Positions 28,024-37,081 of a stretch of 53,828 bases of DNA are shown piece by piece (within the stretch, counting starts at the first letter, position 1; every line of letters starts with the position of its first letter). Location of the stretch: the IMG/VR virus record IMGVR_UViG_3300022074_000057, positions 1 to 53,828 of that record, one strand, 5' to 3'. Below the pieces are notes generated by a model. It was not told where the DNA came from, ran no database searches, and was given only the letters and a program-made list of their open reading frames with translations. A program made the translations under genes and the position numbers. Source of the DNA: a virus (lineage: Duplodnaviria; Caudoviricetes).

Positions 28024-28293
28024 CTACGGCTGCGCCTGTTCTTGGCCGTTCGACTCAAAGTTCGCCATGAACTCAGTCTCCATCTCAACGATCTTATCGT
28101 AGATCTCGACCTCCTCCTCGTCGTGGAGCGCACTAGGGTCATGAACTTCTAGAGCCTCATGAATCCTAGTTCCTCTTTCCGCTGCCTCTGAAGTTCCTTC
28201 TGTTCCGTGAAACCCAGGGCAAGCGGCAACGTATTTCAGTCCGCTGGGTCCGAACTCTGCGTGTCCTCGATTAGAATGGTCTGGGGTGTCCAT
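28024..28293 (-). CDS. Cas4-like/DUF2800 nuclease, N-terminal part
   Basis: HAEFGPSG...CPG...TSEAAERGTRIHEALE. Confidence 0.75.
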   Translation of the reverse strand: MDTPDHSNRGHAEFGPSGLKYVAACPGFHGTEGTSEAAERGTRIHEALEVHDPSALHDEEEVEIYDKIVEMETEFMANFESNGQEQAQP

Positions 28294-28294
28294 A

Positions 28295-28579
28295 TTAATT
28301 TAGTGGTATGTTAGTGTTTTTTTGATTCGCTATTTCCATTTTGACTATCTGCTCAAGGAAATCAACATAATCTTCTGAATATTTTGACTCCTGCTCATAG
28401 CAGACTTTACGTTCTACCTCTGAGTATGCCATGCCAGCAATGATTCCGAAAAGGATTGCGGCTTCTTCGTTCAAACAAGTCTCTCCTCTTTTTATGTCCA
28501 GCTTATACCGCTCGATCTCTAAGAAGGCTATCGCTTGAGCCTTAGTTAAATCCACTTTGAATATATCTTCAATCTCCAT
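28295..28579 (-). CDS. Hypothetical protein
   Basis: 94-aa ORF within the operon. Confidence 0.6.
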   Translation of the reverse strand: MEIEDIFKVDLTKAQAIAFLEIERYKLDIKRGETCLNEEAAILFGIIAGMAYSEVERKVCYEQESKYSEDYVDFLEQIVKMEIANQKNTNIPLN

Positions 28580-29852
28580 GTAACATCTCCATGTTCTGTA
28601 TTTTCTTATTTATCGACTTCACAACGTGTTCTTCAATCGAGTCAGCGGCCACAATAATCTGCTGAACGGCATCTGACTTAGCACCGTTTCGGTGAATTCT
28701 ACCCAAGCACTGTAGGTAATGTTTCGCTGAGAAAGTCGGGCTAATCAGAGAGACTCTGGGTCGCGCTCCATTGACATCGTGGAGAGAGATCCCCGTGCCG
28801 CCAGCAGCAATATTAACGACGAGAACCTCGACTTTATCTTCTTGAAAAGAATCAATCGCAGCTTGGCGTTCAGAAGCTGTTTGCCTCCCATCAATCTTGA
28901 GGCAGTTAAGCCTAGTGCAGAGCGCGTCTACCGTGTCTGAGAAGTTTACGAAGATTACAACACTGTTCCCTTCAAGCCTCAACTCCTCTGCCATGTCCGC
29001 CAGGTCTGGAACCTTCATAGCTTCTGCTAACTGTCTCGCCCTCAACAGGTTAACTAAAACGTGTTCGCTATCCTCTACTGTGTGGTCTTCGAGCAGCTTA
29101 TCTATGATCTCAGGGGTGATGCCCAGAGCGTCATAGGCTTTGATGATTTCTTTGTAGCTAGTAAAATTTATCGGCTTTACGAATACTCGGTTATGCTTGA
29201 ATGAATCTGGGAAGTCTTTCACTGTCAATTTTTTGACATTAGAAGAATACATCTTCTCTTTGATAGCAGGTAGGGTGTTCTTCCTGACGCAAATCCACTG
29301 GTTCCAATCGTTTTTCACACACCCGTTCCGCTTCATCCAGGAGAACCACGACTCATCTTTATTGAGCTTATGAAGCCCCAACATGAAACCCAATGCCCTC
29401 ATCTCTGTTGGATCTTCCGCAGCCGTAGCTGACATACCGTGAACCCTATACCCCTGCTGGACTAAAGAAATTAGCATCTGCGCGTTCTGCGTAAACGGTG
29501 ACTTACAGGCGTGGATCTCATCAATAAGGACCAAGGTCTTGGGAGGCAGGTTCCAAGTCATTATCTTTTTACCCTTTTTACTCATCCACTGAGTTCTACC
29601 GTTGCGGATCTTCTCATAGTTCAATACAAAGCAAGGCTCCACACCATGCTCCTTCAACTCGCGCTCCCAAGACGGGATGACTGCCTTTGGGCAGATCACC
29701 GCCACAGGTCCGTCCCAATCTATGGCGAGGTGGGCAGCGACCACTGTTTTGCCAGTGCCGACGCTTGACGTATCCAAGGTGTTCTGACCTCTGGTGTATG
29801 CCTCTACAAAGAATCCCTTGGACTCTTCCTGTTTCAAGTAGAGAGTTTTCAT
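28569..29852 (-). CDS. SF2 helicase
   Basis: GTGKT, DEIH, SAT, AGGTGISL, QCLGRIHR. Confidence 0.9.
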   Translation of the reverse strand: MKTLYLKQEESKGFFVEAYTRGQNTLDTSSVGTGKTVVAAHLAIDWDGPVAVICPKAVIPSWERELKEHGVEPCFVLNYEKIRNGRTQWMSKKGKKIMTWNLPPKTLVLIDEIHACKSPFTQNAQMLISLVQQGYRVHGMSATAAEDPTEMRALGFMLGLHKLNKDESWFSWMKRNGCVKNDWNQWICVRKNTLPAIKEKMYSSNVKKLTVKDFPDSFKHNRVFVKPINFTSYKEIIKAYDALGITPEIIDKLLEDHTVEDSEHVLVNLLRARQLAEAMKVPDLADMAEELRLEGNSVVIFVNFSDTVDALCTRLNCLKIDGRQTASERQAAIDSFQEDKVEVLVVNIAAGGTGISLHDVNGARPRVSLISPTFSAKHYLQCLGRIHRNGAKSDAVQQIIVAADSIEEHVVKSINKKIQNMEMLHGD

Positions 29853-29858
29853 TACCCC

Positions 29859-30935
29859 CTACTTCCTCATTGGCATTACCACGTATTCGGTGTCTTCGGA
29901 TAACACCCTGATCGGTGAAGTCGGCTCACCGACACAAACGGTAATGGACTCTCCCTTAGTAGTTTTCAAAAACTGCTGCATGAACTGAGGCTGCACGGCA
30001 GTTGAGAAACTTTGCCCTTCTCCCTCAACGACCTCGTTCGCCTCTCCTTCTTCGGGAGATTTTGAGGTTATGGTGAGAGAACCCGAAAGACATTCCAAGC
30101 GAGTCACTGGAGCCTTGGGGTTTGAAAACAGGGCAGTCCTTCTGAATGCCGAACTTAGTTCAACTTTATCAAAGGTAGCAATCCGGTTTGTGTCCTCTGG
30201 CGAAGGAATCACTTTTCTGTAGTCGGGAAACTCAGCGGCAATCGTCTTACTGAATACCTGGGTAGTTTTTGTAGCCAGCAGAACAGAAGAATCTGTGACG
30301 AGAAACTCAACCTCCTCTTGCGAACTCGCCGCTTCAGAAATTAGATCCGCTGCCAAGGTAGGTAGAATTACCCCCGCCTTGGGGTGTTTTCCATCTTCAA
30401 TCGAGCAGACGGAAAGTCTCCTACCATCTGTGGCGATTACGCGACATCCGTTTTCATCAGACTCAAAGTAGACCCCGTTCAGCATATGGCGAGTTGCATC
30501 TGCGCTGGCAGCGAAGACCACTGAGTTTAGTGCCTCTGAAAATCTCTCCCCACTGAAATTGAAAACCGTTGATTGCTCATCCAAAGAAGGCGCACAATAT
30601 TCATCCACTGCGAGTCCTTTGAGCTTTGCTGAGAACCCTTCCGAAGATACCTCAATATCGTTTCGGACTTTTTTGATCTTTACGGGGCCAGACATTGACC
30701 CAACCAAGCTCCTCATTCGTGATGCAGGAATCAGGACGCTGCCTTCCTCTTTCACTTCAGCCGTAGCCGAAGATACGACTTCTTGGTCGAGGTTGGTTCC
30801 GCTGATGAACAACCTGTCTCCCTCCGCTTTAACGAGGACATTCCCCAAGGCAGGTAGGTTACTCTTGGGCGCGGTAGCTTTGTTTACAACGCTGAACAAG
30901 CGCAGTAGTTTTTCTTTTTCAATTTCTAGGTTCAT
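29859..30935 (-). CDS. dnaN: DNA polymerase III beta sliding clamp
   Basis: LPALGNV, GTNLD, ATDGRRLS, FPDYRKVIP, YVVMPMR. Confidence 0.93.
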   Translation of the reverse strand: MNLEIEKEKLLRLFSVVNKATAPKSNLPALGNVLVKAEGDRLFISGTNLDQEVVSSATAEVKEEGSVLIPASRMRSLVGSMSGPVKIKKVRNDIEVSSEGFSAKLKGLAVDEYCAPSLDEQSTVFNFSGERFSEALNSVVFAASADATRHMLNGVYFESDENGCRVIATDGRRLSVCSIEDGKHPKAGVILPTLAADLISEAASSQEEVEFLVTDSSVLLATKTTQVFSKTIAAEFPDYRKVIPSPEDTNRIATFDKVELSSAFRRTALFSNPKAPVTRLECLSGSLTITSKSPEEGEANEVVEGEGQSFSTAVQPQFMQQFLKTTKGESITVCVGEPTSPIRVLSEDTEYVVMPMRK

Positions 30936-31210
30936 AAATCTTGATTACAATTTTCTCTGTTTGGATCTGTATAAATTTCTAATTCTGGGTAGGGAGTCTG
31001 CTCTCTACCTTTCATTTGGTCAAGGTATTTTTTCCAGACCAAGTCTTTTGCGTAACGAGTCAAGGTAGGTCTTCGGAGCCGCTCGCACTCCTGTGTCCGC
31101 TCTTCCAGTTCTCTTACCACGGACAGGAACTTCTTTTTGTCCGCTCCCACCAAACACTGACAGAGTTCCTTAACTGCTTGATTTACGTCTTTGTTTTTAC
31201 TCACACGCAT
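30932..31210 (-). CDS. Hypothetical protein
   Basis: ORF; start uncertain. Confidence 0.55.
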   Translation of the reverse strand: MRVSKNKDVNQAVKELCQCLVGADKKKFLSVVRELEERTQECERLRRPTLTRYAKDLVWKKYLDQMKGREQTPYPELEIYTDPNRENCNQDL

Positions 31211-31688
31211 CGGAATATTTTTTTCGTCCAAACTCTGCAATCAAATAGGCATCAATCATTCCGTCATGTGGTTTCGTTGACCTGCCTTTCTTCGTCCAGT
31301 CCTCATCTGGGGTGACCTCTGAAACTAAAGATAGAGCCGCCGTTTTAGTGCATCCTGCCGGAATCCTACCTAGAATCTCTAACTGCCACTCCCTCGGCTC
31401 CACTGGTAGGACGCGCCAACTTTTGATTTCGCAAGCTCCAAGCATTTTACCAAAGTTGATAGACATTGATCTCATGGCTTGGCTCGACCTAGCGTGTCTC
31501 AGCGGCTCTTCAATCAGGATAAAGGGTTCAGTATTAAGGTCTAGTATCCACTCCTTGAACGCGAACACATCAACTTCCCGCTTCCCTTTCCTCTTTAGAA
31601 TAGGCATGGGACATTTATCAATAATCTTGCCGTGAGGCGATATGGCGCATATTCCTCCGTCGATGCCGTTGTCAATGCCAACAATCAT
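31197..31688 (-). CDS. RuvC-like Holliday junction resolvase
   Basis: IVGIDNG..GG, IEE, FG, VEPREWQ, HDG..DA.LIA.FG. Confidence 0.85.
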   Translation of the reverse strand: MIVGIDNGIDGGICAISPHGKIIDKCPMPILKRKGKREVDVFAFKEWILDLNTEPFILIEEPLRHARSSQAMRSMSINFGKMLGACEIKSWRVLPVEPREWQLEILGRIPAGCTKTAALSLVSEVTPDEDWTKKGRSTKPHDGMIDAYLIAEFGRKKYSDACE

Positions 31689-31963
31689 GTGCAACACTCT
31701 AAAAAATCAGAAGAGTGTGTTTTACTAGGTCTAAAGAAATCATTAGCCGTAACTTCTCCGCCCTCCTGTAGTTCTTTTTTTCTCCGCTCAATTTCTCTGT
31801 TCAGATACCACTGGGCTTTCTCCAAGTCTTGAATGGTCGCCTCTTTATGTTCCGCTCTTAGAATGTATTTAACGGCGTTCCCCAAACAGAAGTTCATGTG
31901 TTCGGTGATCTCTATGACTTCGATCCCAGAAGGGTGTTCTTTATAGTGTGTGGGGCGTTCCAT
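31685..31963 (-). CDS. DUF3310 family protein
   Basis: PTHY...IEVIE...FCLGNAVKYILRA..K....DLEKAQWYL. Confidence 0.9.
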   Translation of the reverse strand: MERPTHYKEHPSGIEVIEITEHMNFCLGNAVKYILRAEHKEATIQDLEKAQWYLNREIERRKKELQEGGEVTANDFFRPSKTHSSDFLECCT

Positions 31964-31964
31964 A

Positions 31965-32576
31965 TTAGTCTTCCACTTCTACGTCTATGATTTTACGATT
32001 CTTGATTTTTACAGCTTCACCTTTACTGGCCTTGGAGTTGTTAAGGATTGAGATTTCAATGTGCTTCGTCCCTTTATTATTCTCTTTCGCGTTAATTCCG
32101 AACGACTCAAAGAGGAGTTTATGATACGTCTCCAAGTCTTTTACGTTTCGGATAGGTGGGAGTTTACCTACTACGTCTCTCAAGTGTTGGAGGTAGGCAT
32201 TCCCCAAGAACGACCTAATCTTTTCCTGTTCGGTTAGACTTTTAGAGTCATCCATATTGCGGAGTATGACCTCCGCCTCCTCCTTGTGCGCCTCTAATTT
32301 GTCGGCACTGTTGATGAACTCTGGGTCGAGAATTTTTTTAGTCTGCTCTTGAAGCTCTGAACTGACGGGGTCATCGTCTTCAACTAGGTCGATGGGGTTG
32401 TTGTTCACCTCTTCTTTCGAGGGGACGTTCATCTCTTTGAACCACGCATACAGAGTCGAGCTTGATATGCCTAGCTCTTTGGCAATTGAAGCCCTCCCCC
32501 ACCCAGCCGAATCTAATTCAATCGCACGGGCTATCTTTGCTTTCTTTTGGCGATCTCTTTCTTTTCTCGTAGCCAT
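31965..32576 (-). CDS. Probable terminase small subunit (N-terminal HTH)
   Basis: ASIAKELGISSSTLYAW HTH; C-terminal IEISIL...IIDVE; adjacent to TerL. Confidence 0.55.
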   Translation of the reverse strand: MATRKERDRQKKAKIARAIELDSAGWGRASIAKELGISSSTLYAWFKEMNVPSKEEVNNNPIDLVEDDDPVSSELQEQTKKILDPEFINSADKLEAHKEEAEVILRNMDDSKSLTEQEKIRSFLGNAYLQHLRDVVGKLPPIRNVKDLETYHKLLFESFGINAKENNKGTKHIEISILNNSKASKGEAVKIKNRKIIDVEVED

Positions 32577-32639
32577 TGAAACATTCTGCCTCAACTATCT
32601 TTGAGTGCAAGTAGAAAGGCTACGTGCTACTGTGTAACC

Positions 32640-34412
32640 ATGCCTGTTAATAAACTAGAGCCTAGAGTCACCAACGCTGGCGATAAAATGATGGTGGGGG
32701 GTTTGAAGATCCCCGTGACCAGCACCCTTACCGCACTTCTTTACGGCTTTGCGAACCATAAAAAACCGGAAGCAAAGGAGTATTACTTTTGGCGAATCGC
32801 AGATGTTCTATGGAATAACGAAGACCTGCCTGAGCCTCTCTTGGAACGTCACCCGTGGGCAGACCTCATGATTAAAGAGGCAATAGCCAACAAGTATCTC
32901 GCAGTGGGAGGTTCGGCAAGTTCCGGTAAATCACATACTATGGCCGCTTGGGGGATTGTGAACTGGCTATCACGCCCCAGTGAAACCTTAGTCCTGATGA
33001 CATCGACCACGCTTAGGGAGGCGCGAAAAAGGATTTGGGGTTCAGTCATCTCGTTACTGTCAGTGATCGAGGGAATGCCAGGTAAGATCAGGGACTCCAT
33101 CGGTAACATCGCTTACATAAATGAAAAAGGCACTTTGATCGAAAAGGCTGGTCTTTCACTGATCGCCGCAGAGAAGTCCAAGACAAGGGAAGCTGTTGGC
33201 AAATTCATCGGGATCAAGTCAAAAAAAATTATCCTTATTGGCGACGAATTATCCGAATTAAGTGAAGCCATCCTCAACGCTGGTCTTTCTAACCTGTCGA
33301 AGAACCCAGAACTTCAGATCATCGGCATGAGTAACCCGTCATCGAGGTTTGATGCGTTCGGAGTCTGGTCTGAGCCATTATTAGGGTGGGAGTCTATGGA
33401 CATACTCCACGCAGACGAGTGGAAAACAAAATGGGGCGGCAAGTATATCCGCCTAGACGGAGAGAGAAGCCCCAACATCCTTGCGGGAGAGACAAAGTAT
33501 ATCTATCTCCCGACAGAAGAGAAACTTGATGAGGACAGAAAACTGCTTGGTGAAGAGTCGAGGGCATATATGCGAATGGTCCGCGCCGTGTTCTTCGATA
33601 GCGACGAGAACGAGGGCATATACCTGGAGTCGGAAATATCTCAGAGCGGAGCCATGAATCCTGCATCGTGGGTGGGGACTCCGGTTAAGGTCGCAGGGCT
33701 AGACCCCGCCTTCACCAACGGAGGCGACCGAACGATTTTGTTTACGGGTCTGGTTGGATACTCTACCACGGGTCAGTTTGTTTTCGAGTTCGGTAAACTG
33801 TTTCAATTAACGGATGACTCATCAAACAAGGCAGTGCCGCGAACCTACCAGATTGTCACTCAGGTCATGAACATCTGTAAGAAAGAGGGGGTGTCCCCAG
33901 ATAACTTGGCAGTGGACTCCACAGGAGCGGGTGCGCCGTTCTGTGATGTCCTCTCTGGCGAGTGGTCCCCCCAAATCCTGCGTGTCTCCTTTGGGGGAAA
34001 GCCTTCGGACAAACGGGTGTCCTCAAACAGTAGGCTCACTGGCATTGACCTCTACACCAATCGGGTATCGGAACTCTGGTTCGTGGGCAAGGAACTGATG
34101 CGGACGGGTCAGATCTCAGGAATCGGGAATGAGTTGGCCGCAGAGATCGTAGCTCGAAACTACGAGATGGTGAAGTCAGGGTCGCTCAAGATCAAGATTG
34201 AGTCTAAGCCCGACTTCAAAACTAGGTTCGGGAGGTCACCGGATATTGCTGATGCCGCCTTCCTCGCCCTCGACTGCGCTAGGCAGAGGCACGGGTTGGT
34301 AGCTATGGACCCACCGAAGGAGGGTTCTCCGTTCACCATGCGACCTCAGAGAACGATAAAGGCTATGTCTCAGTCACTGGTTAACAACGACTCAATGTTG
34401 TTGAAGGACTAA
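32640..34412 (+). CDS. terL: Terminase large subunit
   Basis: Walker A GSASSGKS, Walker B ILIGDE, SNP, AGLDPA, VDSTGAG, SPDIADA. Confidence 0.92.
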   Translation: MPVNKLEPRVTNAGDKMMVGGLKIPVTSTLTALLYGFANHKKPEAKEYYFWRIADVLWNNEDLPEPLLERHPWADLMIKEAIANKYLAVGGSASSGKSHTMAAWGIVNWLSRPSETLVLMTSTTLREARKRIWGSVISLLSVIEGMPGKIRDSIGNIAYINEKGTLIEKAGLSLIAAEKSKTREAVGKFIGIKSKKIILIGDELSELSEAILNAGLSNLSKNPELQIIGMSNPSSRFDAFGVWSEPLLGWESMDILHADEWKTKWGGKYIRLDGERSPNILAGETKYIYLPTEEKLDEDRKLLGEESRAYMRMVRAVFFDSDENEGIYLESEISQSGAMNPASWVGTPVKVAGLDPAFTNGGDRTILFTGLVGYSTTGQFVFEFGKLFQLTDDSSNKAVPRTYQIVTQVMNICKKEGVSPDNLAVDSTGAGAPFCDVLSGEWSPQILRVSFGGKPSDKRVSSNSRLTGIDLYTNRVSELWFVGKELMRTGQISGIGNELAAEIVARNYEMVKSGSLKIKIESKPDFKTRFGRSPDIADAAFLALDCARQRHGLVAMDPPKEGSPFTMRPQRTIKAMSQSLVNNDSMLLKD

Positions 34413-34584
34413 AGTATACTAAATTAGTAGAGAATCAGGTGTTCACAACCAATCGGCAAAATTGTTAACACCTGGAATCCCGATTCCTGAGCAGTGTCGA
34501 GCGGGGTTCCGACCACAGGAATCAGGGTGGAGGATACGGGTTCCTATACAAACCATAACAGGAAGTAATTACTTGCCCTAAAAA

Positions 34585-34719
34585 CGTGTGATCTGTTGTT
34601 TCATATCTTTAAAAAAAGTCTCCCGTGAGAGAGGTTGTGTTTATCTGAGTCAGAAAAACACAAATGAAATCTTAAAGACTTTTATATAGTATAATAAGAA
34701 GCGCATTAAAACACACGCT
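34585..34719. repeat. Nested palindromic element, copy 2
   Basis: Matches 2614-2775; centre TTGTGTTTATCTGA-G-TCAGAAAAACACAA. Confidence 0.9.
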
Positions 34720-34792
34720 ATGTTGTCGTGTTAGGTAATATAGTGGGGGCGACTACCCCTTGCGTTTATTAGGAAATAGATTATTTTTAGTG

Positions 34793-35083
34793 GTGTCGCA
34801 GAAATTTAAAAGACTCCCCTCTGGGCGTATCCAATATAAAGGTGAATCCTTCCCAGGCTTCAACAAGCCGAAACGCGCCCCGAAAGACTCAAAAAAGAAG
34901 TTTGTAGTCCTCGCCAAGCAGGGAGACACGATAAAAAAAATTAGCTACGGACACAGAGACTATCAAGATTTTCGACAACATAAAGATCCAAAGCGTAGAA
35001 AAAACTTTCGCGCTCGACACAACTGCAAAACCGCAAAAGACAAGACTACGGCCCGGTACTGGGCTTGTAAACACCTCTGGTAG
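34793..35083 (+). CDS. Basic conserved viral protein
   Basis: GFNKPKR..KKFVVLAK.G...RRKNFRARHNC...ARYWAC; probable GTG start. Confidence 0.8.
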   Translation: MSQKFKRLPSGRIQYKGESFPGFNKPKRAPKDSKKKFVVLAKQGDTIKKISYGHRDYQDFRQHKDPKRRKNFRARHNCKTAKDKTTARYWACKHLW

Positions 35084-35088
35084 ATGAT

Positions 35089-35550
35089 ATGAAAAAAGGC
35101 AAAAAAGGTAGGCGTAACCAAGGGGGAATGAACACGGACACACCCCCCCGCCCTGCAACTATGAAGTCCCCAACTACGAATCCTAACTCTAAGGCGGGGG
35201 CTGGTTACGGCAAGCCTCTTGGCGAAAATAGGGGGAATACAGCGAACCCCAATGCTTCAGCAGGTGCTGGCTATGGTCGTGCAGTCGGGTCTGAGCGTCC
35301 TAGTATGCTGGGGAGTAAGCCCACTCCTAGCCCTAGCCCTAGCCCTGCGGGGGTTCGTCCAGATAGAGGGAAGCCCAAGATTGTTGAAGTAGTGTCTGTT
35401 CCCTCAACTATGAATTCCCCAACTACCAACCCCAGGGCTTCTGCGGGTGCTGGTTACGGGCGAAAAGTTGGAACAGAACGCCCTAGTATCCTAGGCACAA
35501 AAAAGGATGTTTTGAATAGTGTTAAAAAGAAAAAACCAAAGCAACGCTAG
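35089..35550 (+). CDS. Basic low-complexity protein with three NP...AGAGYG repeats
   Basis: Internal repeats visible in the translation. Confidence 0.7.
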   Translation: MKKGKKGRRNQGGMNTDTPPRPATMKSPTTNPNSKAGAGYGKPLGENRGNTANPNASAGAGYGRAVGSERPSMLGSKPTPSPSPSPAGVRPDRGKPKIVEVVSVPSTMNSPTTNPRASAGAGYGRKVGTERPSILGTKKDVLNSVKKKKPKQR

Positions 35551-35569
35551 TTTTTATTACAAATTTGTT

Positions 35570-37066
35570 ATGAGTAAGCGCAGAAAAAAATCTCCATTTG
35601 GTAATAAAAAGGGTAAAAATATTTACCAAAATAACCCAAGACCTAAAGAGAAGGATTCTTCTGGAGATCGAAAGGGTGTAATACAGTCTGTAAAGGATGC
35701 GCTAGACGGAAGAAAATCAGAAGCCTCTAAGACCCCTGCGGCTACGCCTGACGCTAAACCTACTGCTACCCCTGCGCCTTCGCCTACTGCTACACCTGCG
35801 GCTAAACCTGCTTCCCCTAGTGGTGGGCTGGCAAAAGAGGGAACCGCTCAAGGAATGATGCAAGAAATGGGGTTTAATAAATCTACTCCTATCCCGTCGG
35901 CGGACTCAAGTGGCCGAGGTTCCATTAATGGTATGCCAACAGCCCAAGCACTCAGCGAAGTAAAAAGCCGAGTTGATGGAATACTAGGGGCCGCTGACAA
36001 GGCTCCCGCTGATAAGACCCCCGCTGACAAGACTCCTCCTCCTACACCCACGCCATATACACCGCCCAAAGATGAGGATGAGTTAAAGGCTAGACAAGGG
36101 GCTTTTAATAACCTTATGGACGCAACTTCCTATGAAGTAGACGAGTATGATCTCAGATCAAGGCAAGATAGAATTCAAGAGGCAAGACAACGATCAATAG
36201 ATGCGGGAGTCCCAGAGGAAAGAGTAGATGCTGTTATTAATAGAAACAACCTTGCGCCTTCTAAAAAGCCCGGACCCAGCGAACCAAGGGTAGAAGCTGC
36301 CGCTAAAATGGACAAAGCCCTAGCAATGCCCAAGGGTCCAGAAAGACAAGCGGCTTTCAAAGAGGCTCGGGAATTAGCTAGTGATGACGGAGTTTCAGAA
36401 GAACGTATTGACGCTTATATTAATAGTCGAGACACCCCTGAGTTTAGAAAAGCTCAACAGTTGAAACAGGTCAGAGAAGCAGGACGTAGGGCAGCAGAAG
36501 CCGGAAAGCCAAAGGATAGATTCGCGCAATTTGTAGAAGGATACATAAAAGAAAACTATGGAAGAGAACCTTCCGATAAAGAAAAAGCCGATTGGTATGC
36601 CACGGAAGCGGCAAATTTACGAGAGCAAAGTTTTGGAGGTATGGACGGAACTGGAGGTCTAGCTGAAAACTACCAGTTGCAAGCGGATAAGTATTCGGGT
36701 TTAGATGTAGGAGCCTTTTCTGCACTTGGTAGTTCCAAGAAAATCGCGCCCGACTCAAGAATTATAGACAGGTATGCTCAAAAGGTAGCCGATGGTCGTA
36801 TGACAGCAGAATCAGCGAGAAGGGAGTTTGGACAAGATATGCTCGATAAGCTGCGTTACGATGATCCTAGACTATTTGCTAGGAATGAAGCAGAATATCA
36901 AGCAGCGGTCGCTGAAGCAAAGAGGACAGGATCGCCTATCCCAGAGCGTTATATGCCTGGTGCAGACATTGACTTTGAAGCCTTAGCAAAACAAATCCCA
37001 AATAAAAAGGGCGGCAGTGGGCGCAATATTTATTCTTATGCTGGGTATGGCGGAGATTTCTATTAA
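35570..37066 (+). CDS. Putative internal virion (ejection) protein with P/A/T-rich segments
   Basis: Position upstream of the giant gene; helical, low-complexity. Confidence 0.55.
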   Translation: MSKRRKKSPFGNKKGKNIYQNNPRPKEKDSSGDRKGVIQSVKDALDGRKSEASKTPAATPDAKPTATPAPSPTATPAAKPASPSGGLAKEGTAQGMMQEMGFNKSTPIPSADSSGRGSINGMPTAQALSEVKSRVDGILGAADKAPADKTPADKTPPPTPTPYTPPKDEDELKARQGAFNNLMDATSYEVDEYDLRSRQDRIQEARQRSIDAGVPEERVDAVINRNNLAPSKKPGPSEPRVEAAAKMDKALAMPKGPERQAAFKEARELASDDGVSEERIDAYINSRDTPEFRKAQQLKQVREAGRRAAEAGKPKDRFAQFVEGYIKENYGREPSDKEKADWYATEAANLREQSFGGMDGTGGLAENYQLQADKYSGLDVGAFSALGSSKKIAPDSRIIDRYAQKVADGRMTAESARREFGQDMLDKLRYDDPRLFARNEAEYQAAVAEAKRTGSPIPERYMPGADIDFEALAKQIPNKKGGSGRNIYSYAGYGGDFY

Positions 37067-37081
37067 AAAAATTAATTTATT

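Noticed and set aside
27988-28070. Plus-strand peptide IEIYEQIE resembling EIYDKI in the nuclease N-terminal part
   Set aside because: Too short and on the opposite strand; probably chance
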